Shown: positions 54,536 through 64,000 of the stretch, one piece after another | Position numbering within the stretch: position 1 is the stretch's first letter | How the letters are laid out: every line of letters begins with the position of its first letter | Source of the DNA: Candidatus Aenigmatarchaeota archaeon | GTDB taxonomy: Archaea > Aenigmatarchaeota > Aenigmatarchaeia > GW2011-AR5 | Length of the DNA: 64,000 nucleotides | Reading direction: 5' to 3' | Assembly: GCA_016198685.1 (NCBI GenBank) | Contig: JACQID010000006.1 | Span: 32,001 to 96,000, forward strand | Notes under the pieces: generated by a model | Database searches by the model: none | Told to the model about the DNA's origin: nothing | Seen by the model: only the letters and a program-made list of their open reading frames with translations | Program-made: the position numbers and the translations under genes

Positions 54536-55506
54536 TGCATCTTTTTTACGATGACATCAAATTTTTCCATTACCTGCTCCGGCGTTATGGTCTTTATGCA
54601 TCTCATGTCGCCGTAATGGCAGTAATTGTCATTGCATCTTGTGTTGCAGAATTGCCTTCCGCCCATGCAGGTTGCTTTGGAGTTGTGAGGATTCCATTCC
54701 GGCAATGAAGGGCCATTGAGGGCGATTTGCGGCTTGGCCAAAGCCGCTGCCACATGCATGGGCCCGCCGTTTATGGAAATAAACACATCACACTGATTTA
54801 TCGCGCATGTGAGGCCATCCATGCCGGTTTTGCCGACAAGATTGACTACGTCGCCCGCTTCCCGTTCGATGTATTGTGCCCTGAGAGCGTTATCCTTGCC
54901 GCCTAAAAGAAGAATAGTTGATGGATATTTTTTCTTGATCATTTTTATCAAAGAAACCCAGCCTTCGTCGTTCCATGCCCTGCAAAGATTGTCATCCTTG
55001 CCTGCGTTTATTCCGACTACTATGCCTCGGGTTTTAATTTTCTCGCACTTCTCGGGAACGGGCATTTCCATTTTCCCATCGCTTTTTATGCCAAGCTTTT
55101 CTAATACCCGAGCTTCGAGTTCAACTGCATCTCCGCCCGTCTCAACAGCTACGTTATAGAGAGACGATGCTGCGTTTCTTGGGTTCCTGTAGCTGGCAGT
55201 TAAAGACGCTCCGAGGAGTAGTGATAAAACAGAAGACATGAAAGTATTGGGAAATCCATCTATAACAATGTCGAGTTTCTGGGACCGAATCTTAGCAAGA
55301 TTCCGCAAGCCGGAGGCGCTGAAGTTTATTATGACGTCCTCGTCTATGTAAGGCGAGGATTTGAGAAGTTGTACGCCGCTGCCACTGTAATTATGCACAA
55401 GATATATCTTGCTGTCCGGCCATTTTTTCTTGAGACTGCGCAGCATGGGAATTCCGGTAAGAATATCGCCCATGCTTGAGCCTTTGATCACGGCTATCTT
55501 TTTCAT
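54532..55506 (-). CDS. GT9 (heptosyltransferase-like) glycosyltransferase 1
   Basis: SMGDILTG, RAWNDEGW, LVGKT, FISINGGPMHVAAAL. Confidence 0.85.
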   Translation of the reverse strand: MKKIAVIKGSSMGDILTGIPMLRSLKKKWPDSKIYLVHNYSGSGVQLLKSSPYIDEDVIINFSASGLRNLAKIRSQKLDIVIDGFPNTFMSSVLSLLLGASLTASYRNPRNAASSLYNVAVETGGDAVELEARVLEKLGIKSDGKMEMPVPEKCEKIKTRGIVVGINAGKDDNLCRAWNDEGWVSLIKMIKKKYPSTILLLGGKDNALRAQYIEREAGDVVNLVGKTGMDGLTCAINQCDVFISINGGPMHVAAALAKPQIALNGPSLPEWNPHNSKATCMGGRQFCNTRCNDNYCHYGDMRCIKTITPEQVMEKFDVIVKKMH

Positions 55507-56504
55507 AGGATCGCTTCAAGCTTATTCATAACTTCTTCAGGGATTATCTCTGATGTGAGAGGATGATTAGAGCAGTATTTTCCGTAAAGTTCGCATTTAG
55601 TGCAATCACTGCCTCTCCACAGCCATGCCGATTTGCCGTTTAGCGGAGCCTTTCTTCTTGGATCGGTAGGCCCGAATATTGATACAACCGGTATGCCCAC
55701 GGCACTCGCGATATGCATCAAGCCTGAATCGCCCGTTACAATCGCATCACACACGCTCAAGATTGCTGCAGCCTCTTTTATTGTCGTCTCGCCTGCAAGG
55801 TTCTGGACATTCCTGCCGGCAATGTTGCCCGCCTTGCCAAGGCATACAATCTTCCAGTCCTTGGAGCTTGCCATCTCCGCCAGTCTCGCAAAGTTTTCAA
55901 ATGGCCAGTTTCTTGGAGATGCATCCTGGCCGGGATTGCCTCCACCGAGTGCAAATGCAAGAAGTTTTCCGGTTCCGGCTCTTCTTCTTACCTGTCCTGC
56001 CAGTTTTTTGTCTTCTTGTGAAATAGCAATTCTCATATCTGTGCTGCAGTTTTCTTTTGTGAAATAGGCTAGAAGGTCAATATAATATTGGATTTCATGT
56101 TTTACCCTTTCGTATATCACAGTCTTTGTAAGGAATATGCCTTCCCAGCCTCTCGCGAATCCGATTCTTTCCGGTATACCGCAAGCACGGGCAAAGAAAC
56201 CTGCAATCCAGGATTTGTCCATGACAAAGCACATATCAAATTCTTCTTCTATTATGCGGGCGCGAAGTTTTTTGAAAAGGGAGATTTTTTTGAGAAATGA
56301 GCCTCGAAACAACGCATCCTGGTCGAATGCTATTATGCGATCAACATCCGGATTATCCTCCAGTATTCCGGCACTCCATTTGCCCGTGATATAGCAGATT
56401 TCAGCTCCCGGAAAGGTCCTTCTCAGGCACGCAAGAAAAGGCGTAGTCATAAGCACATCGCCTATAGCGCCTGATTTTATGACCGCTATTTTATTGTAAG
56501 CCAT
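55503..56504 (-). CDS. GT9 (heptosyltransferase-like) glycosyltransferase 2
   Basis: SGAIGDVLMTTP, RNWPFENFARL, LAGETT, TGDSGLMHIASAV..IFGPT. Start inferred at 56504. Confidence 0.88.
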   Translation of the reverse strand: MAYNKIAVIKSGAIGDVLMTTPFLACLRRTFPGAEICYITGKWSAGILEDNPDVDRIIAFDQDALFRGSFLKKISLFKKLRARIIEEEFDMCFVMDKSWIAGFFARACGIPERIGFARGWEGIFLTKTVIYERVKHEIQYYIDLLAYFTKENCSTDMRIAISQEDKKLAGQVRRRAGTGKLLAFALGGGNPGQDASPRNWPFENFARLAEMASSKDWKIVCLGKAGNIAGRNVQNLAGETTIKEAAAILSVCDAIVTGDSGLMHIASAVGIPVVSIFGPTDPRRKAPLNGKSAWLWRGSDCTKCELYGKYCSNHPLTSEIIPEEVMNKLEAIL

Positions 56505-56523
56505 TATCACACGAACATAATCA

Positions 56524-56564
56524 ATACGAAAACAATTTAAGTATGAAATATGCATACTTCGTAT
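56524..56564. promoter_or_regulatory. Divergent promoter with inverted-repeat operator candidates
   Basis: AAGTATG-N7-CATACTT (56539-56559) and an outer ATACGAA/TTCGTAT pair (56524-56530, 56558-56564) cover the TTTAAG box and the start of the RHH gene. Confidence 0.55.
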
Positions 56565-57330
56565 GCGCAAGCAAAAAATAGCCATTTCTTTGAGCAAAGA
56601 GCTCTTGGAGAATATAGACCGCAGTGTTGATGGAAAAAGTGTTCGAAGCAGGAGCCAGTATATAGAAACCATGATCAGAAAAGGTATGGAATCGCAGAGT
56701 GCGCAAATGGCCGTAATAATGCTAAGGAAAGAGCATCACTCTGTTGCCCTATCACGATTCAAGAATGGTACTCTGCTTTCTTCACAGGCCGATTTTCTAT
56801 CCAGACACGGCGTATCGGAAATACTCATAGTCACCCAGAAAGGGCCTCAGCTGGCAGAGCTTGAAGCCTATGCGCAGCGTATGGAACACCCGGCAAAAAC
56901 AATAGTCACGGATAAACCCGGAAACGCGGATGCGCTGAAATTAGTAAGGGATCGCATGGATTCAAATTTTGTTGTTCTTTCCGGTGATGTATATAACGAC
57001 TTCGATCTGAAGAAAATGATGGAGAAGCATGCCCAGAAAGGCGTAATGATGACGATGGCGCTCATGAGCAGGGCATCGCCTTCGAAATACGGAAACGTGA
57101 TACTTGATGGCGATATGGTTGTCAGCTTTCAGGAGAAACCGTCATCGGCGGTTTCGCATCTTGTTAACGCAGGCCTTTACGTTTTCAGCCCGGCTGTGTT
57201 CAGTGCCATGGAAGGATGCCATTTCTTGGAGAAGGAACTTTTCCCCAAGCTGGCTTCCATGAGGCAGCTTACAGGCTACTTCACTATGGGCGACTATTAC
57301 CACGCCCAAGAAGCTTCGCCGCGGCCCTGA
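56563..57330 (+). CDS. Ribbon-helix-helix domain fused to a degenerate sugar-phosphate nucleotidyltransferase domain
   Basis: KIAISLSKELLENID..RSRSQYIETMIR (RHH), then FVVLSGD, KYGNV, FQEKP, VNAGLYVF. The GGxGxR..PK loop is missing. Confidence 0.8.
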   Translation: MRKQKIAISLSKELLENIDRSVDGKSVRSRSQYIETMIRKGMESQSAQMAVIMLRKEHHSVALSRFKNGTLLSSQADFLSRHGVSEILIVTQKGPQLAELEAYAQRMEHPAKTIVTDKPGNADALKLVRDRMDSNFVVLSGDVYNDFDLKKMMEKHAQKGVMMTMALMSRASPSKYGNVILDGDMVVSFQEKPSSAVSHLVNAGLYVFSPAVFSAMEGCHFLEKELFPKLASMRQLTGYFTMGDYYHAQEASPRP

Positions 57331-58384
57331 CAACTTCCTGAACGGTTATTTTGTTCACGTCATATTCGGGCTTATATTTTTCGGGGAATCGCGCTTCGAA
57401 CGGTTTTATATATGGTTCTTCAGGACCTTTGTAAAGGCCAATGCAGTCTCGTCCATATGGCCCGTAAAGTTCAGGTTTATTGGGGCCAAACAATCCTATT
57501 GTAGGCACTTTCATGGCAGATGCAAGATGCATCGGGCCGGAATCGTTTGCCACAAAGAGCGACATTTTTTCCATGCATGCGGCAAGAGTTTCAAGGTCGA
57601 TTTTGCCAGCAAGATTAATGGGATTGCTCTTCATAAGCTTTTCGACTTTTGATGCGGCTTGGGTGTCCAGTCTTCCCCCTATTATGGCAATTGTGGCGTT
57701 GTGCTTTGATGCGAGCGTATCGGCGAGCTTTGCAAAATTATTTTCATTCCATCTGCGTATCTTAGACGAAGAAGAAGATCCTGCATGGATGCCGATAATT
57801 CTGCCTTTAGGAAGAATATTATTTGCACTGGATTTGGCTTTAGCCGAAACTTTAAGCTTGACGAGCGCCGTCGGGTCATGCGCACGCACAAGGAACCGTG
57901 CAAGATTCATGAAATTATGAACAGCATGCATTTTTTGAGGTCTTGCACTTTCTGTGTAAAGAATCTTCCTGCTGGAAAAGCCTATGCGTTTTGAGGCTCT
58001 GGTAAGGGCTGAAAACGAGGCGCTCATGTAAGCGAAAGGCTCGAAATCAACGCAGACTGAGAATCCTTTTGCAAGAGTGACCATAGTCTTTATGATGTTT
58101 ATAGGATTTCCATAATCAAGTACGATAATCCGGTCAGCGATACCGGAAAGCTCGAATACTGCAGCGTTGTTTTTGGTACACAGAACCGTTATCTCATGGT
58201 CATGCATGCCTTTGCGAATTGCTGCGAGCGCCGGCAGCATATCCAAAGTGTCGCCAAGTGCCCAGAATTTTATTGCAAGTATGCGCTTTTTGCGGCTCTT
58301 TGGAAGTAACGTAAATATCCATGACACGCCATAAAATAGCCGTCCAATCGTACCGTCCAGAAGCCGGAGGAAACCGCCCTGCAT
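57284..58384 (-). CDS. GT9 (heptosyltransferase-like) glycosyltransferase 3
   Basis: WALGDTL, RRWNEN, LAGKID, ANDSGPMHLASAM..LFGP. Start inferred at 58384. Confidence 0.88.
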   Translation of the reverse strand: MQGGFLRLLDGTIGRLFYGVSWIFTLLPKSRKKRILAIKFWALGDTLDMLPALAAIRKGMHDHEITVLCTKNNAAVFELSGIADRIIVLDYGNPINIIKTMVTLAKGFSVCVDFEPFAYMSASFSALTRASKRIGFSSRKILYTESARPQKMHAVHNFMNLARFLVRAHDPTALVKLKVSAKAKSSANNILPKGRIIGIHAGSSSSSKIRRWNENNFAKLADTLASKHNATIAIIGGRLDTQAASKVEKLMKSNPINLAGKIDLETLAACMEKMSLFVANDSGPMHLASAMKVPTIGLFGPNKPELYGPYGRDCIGLYKGPEEPYIKPFEARFPEKYKPEYDVNKITVQEVVRAAAKLLGRGNSRP

Positions 58385-58540
58385 AGGAATATCCTTGCGC
58401 CGCCAGAGCTTTAAATCCCTGCCGAGGGGGTTTATCGCAGGACGATATTTGTACATCCTATGGAAATAATTCAGTCTTCGGTCCGAAGTATTTATATTTT
58501 GCAGGAAGAAGTGTATGAGTTACTTACGAGGAATCGATAA

Positions 58541-59497
58541 ATGACTGTCATGGTTACCGGAGGATGCGGTTTCATAGGTAGCCATGTCATTGATATGCTA
58601 ATTTCAAAGGGATACAATGTCGAAGTTATAGGGCTCAAGTGCGATTTGCAGAATCTTCAAGGTGATGCGAGCAAGGTCAAATTTCACCGTACAGACATTC
58701 AGGACAGAAAAGCTGTAATGAGTGCCATAGGAAAGGATACAGAAGCAATACTTCATCTTGCCGCCTTGATAAACGTTGATGAATCGATAGATACCCCCGA
58801 ACCTTTCTGGAACGTGAATGTCCTTGGCACGTTCAACATGCTTGAAGCGGCAAGGCAAAGAAACATTCCGAAGCTCGTATTCATGGGTACCTGCGAAGTT
58901 TACGGAAACATACCCAAGGGTAGGGCAGATGAGAATCATCCTACCAATCCGTTATCTCCTTATGCCGCCAGCAAGTTTGCAGCTGAACGTTATCTTCTAT
59001 CTTATGCGACAACTTACGGCGATCAGCCAAATATTGCCATGATACGCGGTTTCAATCAGTACGGTCCGAGGCAGAACTCCGGAGCGAGAGGCGCTGTCAT
59101 AGCCAAATTCATGAACTGGATGCTTGACGGAAAAAAGCTTCAGATAAACGGCGACGGGGCACAGACCCGTGATTATGTATACGTGAAGGACACTGTTCGT
59201 GCAGTGGTTGCGGCTATGGAAAAGAAGGTTCCAAGCGGCGAGATATTCAACGCGGCGAGCGAACGTGATATAAGCATCCGCGAGATTGCAGAAAAAATAT
59301 GCGAGATAACAGGCAGAGACTTTGACAAAAGCGTGCAATTCAATCTAGGAAGACCCGGGGAACTCATGAGAAGCATAGGGTCTTCCGACAAGGCAAGAAA
59401 GATGCTTGGCTGGTCTCCGTCGGTAAGCATTGATGAAGGTCTTCGCATGACGTATGACTGGTACAAGCAGAACCGCGGCAAGTATGCGACTCGATAA
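58541..59497 (+). CDS. NAD-dependent nucleotide-sugar epimerase/dehydratase
   Basis: VTGGCGFIGS, HLAA, CEVYG, YAASK, NQYGP, RDYVYV. Confidence 0.92.
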   Translation: MTVMVTGGCGFIGSHVIDMLISKGYNVEVIGLKCDLQNLQGDASKVKFHRTDIQDRKAVMSAIGKDTEAILHLAALINVDESIDTPEPFWNVNVLGTFNMLEAARQRNIPKLVFMGTCEVYGNIPKGRADENHPTNPLSPYAASKFAAERYLLSYATTYGDQPNIAMIRGFNQYGPRQNSGARGAVIAKFMNWMLDGKKLQINGDGAQTRDYVYVKDTVRAVVAAMEKKVPSGEIFNAASERDISIREIAEKICEITGRDFDKSVQFNLGRPGELMRSIGSSDKARKMLGWSPSVSIDEGLRMTYDWYKQNRGKYATR

Positions 59498-60344
59498 TTA
59501 CTTCTTGGATTCAAGAACGCTGTGCATTATAAGGGGCGTCCTGCCGATATCAAGCAGTTGATAATTCCTACCTTCATGGTATACGTGTCTTTCATTGATT
59601 ATTTTAGGGATATACTCAGGCTTTATGAAAACTATCGCAGTGTGTTCCCACGCATCTGTGTTCGGATAGCCGGCAGTGCGTATTGCCCGGCGCGCCTCGG
59701 CTTCAGGTGCGCCTTTGAGTTTTTCTCTTTGGTAAACATCGAATGCTTCCCTATGCAACTCCTGTACCTGCGCAGAGCTTCTGCCGGCGTTGGCGTGGAA
59801 AACAAAATTCACGCCTTTTGTTAATTCAGGATCTGTCTGCCAGCCGTAGAGCAAAACATTGTCCAATTCATCGCTTCTGATACCCAGTTCTTCGATCATT
59901 TCCTGCCACAAGCCATCGTAAAGAGGACTATCGGTATAGGGGATCGCTCCTGCCGGAGCTATGCAAGCGGCATCTCGCATGACATTTCCGCCGCGAATGC
60001 CAAAGACATATTCCGCATCTGCTGTCAGCGTAAGGCATGAAATGGAAGCAGGGATTCCATTGGCGTTTCCTCTGCGTATGGCCTGCATACGATAACTTGT
60101 TGCAGGCTCAAGCAGTATGGCTCCCGGGGTTATTTCAGAAGCGGGAACGCTTGACATGGCAACAACCTCTTTCCAATCCGGAAGGTAGATAGAATCAGAA
60201 TATTTTTCGTACTCTTCGAGAAGAAGCGAATGCGGGCTTTCAAGAGTTTTTTTTAATCGCCCTGACGTGCCCCTCGTTTAACGGCTCGTCGAGAAGACAT
60301 ATTTCCTGCTCCTTTCCGGAAAGGGTCGTTTGGGTCATGCGCAT
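59498..60344 (-). pseudogene. NUDIX-like (NUDT22-like) protein interrupted at an A8 homopolymer
   Basis: ATG 60344 (TATA about 25 nt upstream) reads to a stop just after the A8 run (60247-60254). Removing one A joins it to TLESPHSLLEEYEK.. and the 219-aa ORF carrying LTLTAD..APAG..QEMIEELGI. Confidence 0.65.
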
Positions 60345-60409
60345 TTGATTGCATTGAAGTTTTGTATATTTAAAGCTTCATGTTTTTGTTACCTATAAAT
60401 AGCGACATT

Positions 60410-61477
60410 TTACTTCTTGAGAAGCTCATTATAGAGGTCTTCGTACCTCTTTGCAAGCACGCGCCAATCGAAGCGTTTCATTGCATATTTCCTGCATTCT
60501 GCAGACATTCTTTTCACTATCGTGCGGTTTTTCTCGAGCTTAGCTATGATTTTGGCGGCGGTTTTAGGATTCCTGTCGGTGAAGAAGCCGACTTTTTCGT
60601 TTATCACATCGATTATGCCGCCTACTTTTGTTGCTATAAGCGGAAGGCCGCAGCTTAACGCCTCAAGCAATGTCCCCGGCATGCCTTCGGACTTAGATGT
60701 TGTTATGAATACGTCAGCAGCAGAATAGTAATTTTTCGCTTCCTCGTTCGGCAGCCTGCCCAGCTTAATGACGTTCTTGGCTTCCATGCTGCATAGAGGC
60801 TCTATTTCGCTTATGCCTATGAGAATGAAAATTACGGTTTTCGGAGACGCTGCAATGACATCACGGAGCATTTGCGGGTCTTTTATTGCGTCAGGCCTTG
60901 ACATGGCAAGCACTGCAAGCTTATTGCCTATGCCAAGTTTTTTTCGCAGGTCGCGCCTGACAGATTCCTTCCTCTGGAAAATTTCAGTATCGACACCATT
61001 GGGAATGATATCGATATCCTCTACGCCCAAATGACTATAGATGCCGTGAGATACAGAGGCAAGTGCCACGCTTTTGTCGGCCAGTGCTCCTGTTCTCCAC
61101 TCCTTGTCAAGGACGCCGCCGAAGGTATACACGCTTTTGGCGCCCCTGGTTTTCGCTGCGAGAAACGGCAGGAAAGAGTCCACGTAAAAGAAGCCATGAA
61201 CTATGTCATATTTGCGGGTAACTATTCGGGCGGCCGCGAACATGGAAAAGGTTAACATCATCGAGAGATATTTCAAATGGCGTATGGGCATAGGGATGTA
61301 AGGCAGCCTGATCACATTCACGCTGTCCTTGAAGCGGATGTTGCCCTCATTCGTATATATGTCGATTACATGGCCGGCCTCGGCAAGTTTATATGCAAGG
61401 CTCTTCGCGAGGGTCTCAGAGCCGCCTTCCCTTACGCCGGCCAAAAAATGTATCATTGCTATTCTCATCATGTTCAC
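60410..61477 (-). CDS. GT4 glycosyltransferase
   Basis: GGSE, IIPNGVD, TSKSEGMPGTLLEALSCG..GGI. Confidence 0.92.
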   Translation of the reverse strand: MNMMRIAMIHFLAGVREGGSETLAKSLAYKLAEAGHVIDIYTNEGNIRFKDSVNVIRLPYIPMPIRHLKYLSMMLTFSMFAAARIVTRKYDIVHGFFYVDSFLPFLAAKTRGAKSVYTFGGVLDKEWRTGALADKSVALASVSHGIYSHLGVEDIDIIPNGVDTEIFQRKESVRRDLRKKLGIGNKLAVLAMSRPDAIKDPQMLRDVIAASPKTVIFILIGISEIEPLCSMEAKNVIKLGRLPNEEAKNYYSAADVFITTSKSEGMPGTLLEALSCGLPLIATKVGGIIDVINEKVGFFTDRNPKTAAKIIAKLEKNRTIVKRMSAECRKYAMKRFDWRVLAKRYEDLYNELLKK

Positions 61478-62331
61478 CAGTTGACTGGACGGAGTTTTTT
61501 CATGGCTTCAGTTGCGGTCATGCTGACGAATTCATGTTCGCTCATGTACCTGACAAATTTTCTCCACCATGTCAGCATCTTGGGATTTATGTCGAATTCC
61601 CAGTGATGATTCGTCATTATGAAAAGGCTTGATTTATCGAACTTCTCGCAGGCATAACGGAAGCTCTCTTCGAGATCCCAGAAAGGGGAGAATAAATACG
61701 GCTCCATGCAGCCGAGCTCCTTTGCGGATCTGTATTTCACAAGGCCGTTATAACCGTAGAAAAATTCCTTCCTCGCATGCCTTAATCCGTATTGCGATAC
61801 CGGCACTGTATAGACGATGTCCTTGAGAGGTCTTATGATATTTCTGAATAGCTGCATTCCGTTGTCATTGACAACCTGCCATCCGGCTTTAGAAAGCCTT
61901 TCATGCGGCGGAACAAACGTATTGATTCTTTTGCCTATCGCACTTTCCACTGTTTTTCTGCCCTCATGAAGAAGGGATCTTATGCGGGCCTTGTCTGCAG
62001 ACGCAAAATCGGAAAGAGAATGCGAATAACCGTGCAGGCATGTTTCGACGCTTTTAGTTGAAGATAACCACTTCGCCACTGCGGCGTTTTTTCCAAAAGA
62101 ATGGAAACCGGTGTTCACTCTATCTTTGGGTATGAACGGTTCGTGAATATAGCCTCTTCGGACGAACGGATTGTTAGTGCCTTTTATCTGTACGGACGTG
62201 TCCATGTTCGGTATGACTGAGAGAGAAAGTTTAAAGCCCGCGTCGAAAAACCTGGTATTGTAGACTTTCTTCAGCGTTTCAAGAGGCGTGAAGGCATGGA
62301 CATCATCGTCCCTTATTATGATAGTTTTCAT
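61474..62331 (-). CDS. Polysaccharide deacetylase-like (DUF2334/NodB fold) protein
   Basis: IIRDDDV, SLSVIP, LHGYSH, TFVPP, HHW. Start inferred at 62331. Confidence 0.75.
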   Translation of the reverse strand: MKTIIIRDDDVHAFTPLETLKKVYNTRFFDAGFKLSLSVIPNMDTSVQIKGTNNPFVRRGYIHEPFIPKDRVNTGFHSFGKNAAVAKWLSSTKSVETCLHGYSHSLSDFASADKARIRSLLHEGRKTVESAIGKRINTFVPPHERLSKAGWQVVNDNGMQLFRNIIRPLKDIVYTVPVSQYGLRHARKEFFYGYNGLVKYRSAKELGCMEPYLFSPFWDLEESFRYACEKFDKSSLFIMTNHHWEFDINPKMLTWWRKFVRYMSEHEFVSMTATEAMKKLRPVNW

Positions 62332-62411
62332 CAATAACCTTTTCCCGGCTAGTTTTAAAGCGTTCAAGAAGGAGCGCCAACGCTTTTAAGGCATGCGGTT
62401 ATTTACATAAG

Positions 62412-63326
62412 ATGAACATTTTGATAACAGGCGGCAACGGGTTCATCGGAAGTCATTTAGCCGAAAAACTCATGGAAGAAGGGGACGATGTGGTCCTTTT
62501 TGATAATGTATTCAACGACAATAGCAAAGGAATCAAGTGCAGGAAGATAAAGGCCGACATACGTGACTATGACGCGGTCAAGAGCGCAGTCAATGGGATG
62601 GATGCCGTTATACATTTTGCAGCTGTATCGCGCGTGGCATGGGGCCAGGAACGGCCCCGGGAATGCATAGAGACAAATTCCGTGGGCACGGCAAATATTT
62701 TGGAAGCGGTGCGCGAAACCGGAAACACGGCTTATACTTTTCTTGGGTCAAGCAGGGAAGTTTACGGCGAGCCGGAGTCCTTGCCTGTCAATGAAACGCA
62801 ACCCAAGAGTCCTATTTCGATATACGGAATTTCAAAGCTCAGTGGCGAGAAACTCGCGCTTTCCTACAGGAAATACTTTAACACAAAAATAATCATTTTC
62901 AGGTTTTCCAATGTTTATGGTTCGCACCGTGATCTGCCGGAAAGAGTCGTGCCTAATTTTGTGATAAATGCCATCAAAGATAATCCCCTGAAAATAAACG
63001 GAGGTTCTCAGGTGCTAGACTTCACGTTTCTTGGAGATACTATTGACGGCATAATTAAGGCCCTTAGGGCGAAGGAAAGAATAGAAGGCAGCGATTTTCA
63101 TTTTGTGACGGGCCGGGGCACGAGCGTGAAAGAGCTTGCCGATATTGTTCTTGAAATTTCGGGTTCTTCCTCGACGCTTGAGATAAAATCCGACAAGTCG
63201 TTTGACGTTCGCAAGTTTGTAGGAGATTATTCGAAAGCGAAATCAATTCTTGGATGGTCCCCTAAAACATCTCTGGAGGAAGGAATAAAGAAGACTATTG
63301 AGGCTTATAGCAGACTTGGACAATAG
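62412..63326 (+). CDS. NAD-dependent nucleotide-sugar epimerase/dehydratase
   Basis: ITGGNGFIGS, HFAA, SSREVYG, YGISK, RFSNVYG. Confidence 0.92.
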   Translation: MNILITGGNGFIGSHLAEKLMEEGDDVVLFDNVFNDNSKGIKCRKIKADIRDYDAVKSAVNGMDAVIHFAAVSRVAWGQERPRECIETNSVGTANILEAVRETGNTAYTFLGSSREVYGEPESLPVNETQPKSPISIYGISKLSGEKLALSYRKYFNTKIIIFRFSNVYGSHRDLPERVVPNFVINAIKDNPLKINGGSQVLDFTFLGDTIDGIIKALRAKERIEGSDFHFVTGRGTSVKELADIVLEISGSSSTLEIKSDKSFDVRKFVGDYSKAKSILGWSPKTSLEEGIKKTIEAYSRLGQ

Positions 63327-63385
63327 CAGAACGTTTCAACTCGACCGCCTGTACCGCACATCCGGCATAAAATGCCGCATGCCAA

Positions 63386-64000
63386 TTATATCTTATTATT
63401 CAAAAAATACATGACATCCTCGGCAACTTTTCGCACTTCCTCTTCTCTCAGTTCAGGAAACATAGGCAACGACAGGATATCTTTCGCATTTCTTTCTGCC
63501 TTGGGATAATTTCCCGGCAGTGAAAATGCCTTCTGCATATGTATAGGCACAGGGTAGTGTATTCCGGTGCCTATGCCCCTTTCCTTAAGATATGCCATGA
63601 GTGCGTCTCGTTGCTTTATGCGAATTACATAAAGATGATAGGCGTGTTTTCTCCCCGTTTTTTCTTCAGGAATAATCACGCCTGATAGAAGTTCATTGTA
63701 TAACTTTGCGATATGCCGTCTAGCCTTTATCCATGATTCAAGGCGCTTGAGTTTGACGCGCAATATCGCCGCCTGAATTTCATCCAGCCGGCTGTTGTAT
63801 CCGAAGAACAAGCTGTCATAAGTCTTCTTTTGACCGTAAAAGCGGAGCATTCTTAGTTTTTCTGCAAGCTCGTCGTCATCCGTGACAATTGCGCCTCCGT
63901 CCCCATATGCGCCGAGATTCTTAGTCGGATAAAATGAAAAGCATCCTATGCCGGAAAATCCCACTTTTTTGCCGGAATATTCTGCTCCGTGGGCCTGAGC
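63386..64000 (-). CDS. DegT/DnrJ/EryC1/StrS PLP-dependent sugar aminotransferase, 5'-truncated by the window edge
   Basis: Frame is open to base 64000 ([14 protein letters not shown]). [42 protein letters not shown]. Confidence 0.94.
   Translation of the reverse strand, partial: AQAHGAEYSGKKVGFSGIGCFSFYPTKNLGAYGDGGAIVTDDDELAEKLRMLRFYGQKKTYDSLFFGYNSRLDEIQAAILRVKLKRLESWIKARRHIAKLYNELLSGVIIPEEKTGRKHAYHLYVIRIKQRDALMAYLKERGIGTGIHYPVPIHMQKAFSLPGNYPKAERNAKDILSLPMFPELREEEVRKVAEDVMYFLNNKI

Noticed and set aside
445-63246. The many 60-290 aa ORFs in the track that lie antisense or frame-shifted within confident genes (e.g. 445-1080, 20111-20740, 34921-35787, 37591-38370)
   Set aside because: Shadow ORFs: nested in motif-bearing genes, with no recognisable motifs or start signals.
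63363-63377. Small hairpin CGGCAT-AAA-ATGCCG between convergent genes
   Set aside because: Possibly a terminator, but the stem is 6 bp with no T-tract; too weak to call.
1-64000. CRISPR array, rRNA, tRNA, integrase or transposase
   Set aside because: I found no regularly spaced repeats, cloverleafs or recombinase/transposase motifs by eye. A tRNAscan/Infernal run could still find small or intron-containing RNAs.

Overview
Archaeal chromosomal DNA. Evidence: Cdc6 beside an ORB-bearing origin, PolB, archaeal DnaG, Hjc, NAC, SecDF, AglB and the thiolase/HMGS/DUF35 trio. The compact genes, many ORFans and split gene suggest a DPANN-type lineage, possibly Aenigmatarchaeota; that is inference only. 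Layout: (1) 1-15.2 kb, a mosaic defence island: type I RM in the order hsdR-hsdS-[HEPN]-[2-TM]-hsdM, a PLD nuclease, a ParB/HEPN plus adenine MTase pair, an AAA-DUF4143 ATPase, RecQ, a DUF488 fusion and a frameshifted partner. (2) 15-33 kb, housekeeping genes, ORFans and upper mevalonate pathway genes. (3) 33.2-39.2 kb, a replication locus: oriC, cdc6, an apparently inactivated DP1 (PolD small subunit) homologue, a PolB ending in a DP2-like Zn finger, and a 58-aa histone the ORF track missed. (4) 39-46 kb, translocation and lipid genes. (5) 45.4-64 kb, an N-glycosylation/surface-glycan cluster with a split AglB, three GT9 enzymes and an RHH-nucleotidyltransferase fusion. Best lead: a eukaryote-like PolB plus B-subunit replicase at the origin, where PolD normally sits. 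Other strong leads are a dispersed 44-46 bp quasi-palindromic repeat, a Bd0055-like histone with an altered L2 motif, a candidate structured RNA at 22.1 kb, and a HEPN plus membrane pair inside the RM operon. I saw no rRNA, tRNA, CRISPR array, integrase or transposase. All family calls come from motif recognition by eye; no searches were run.
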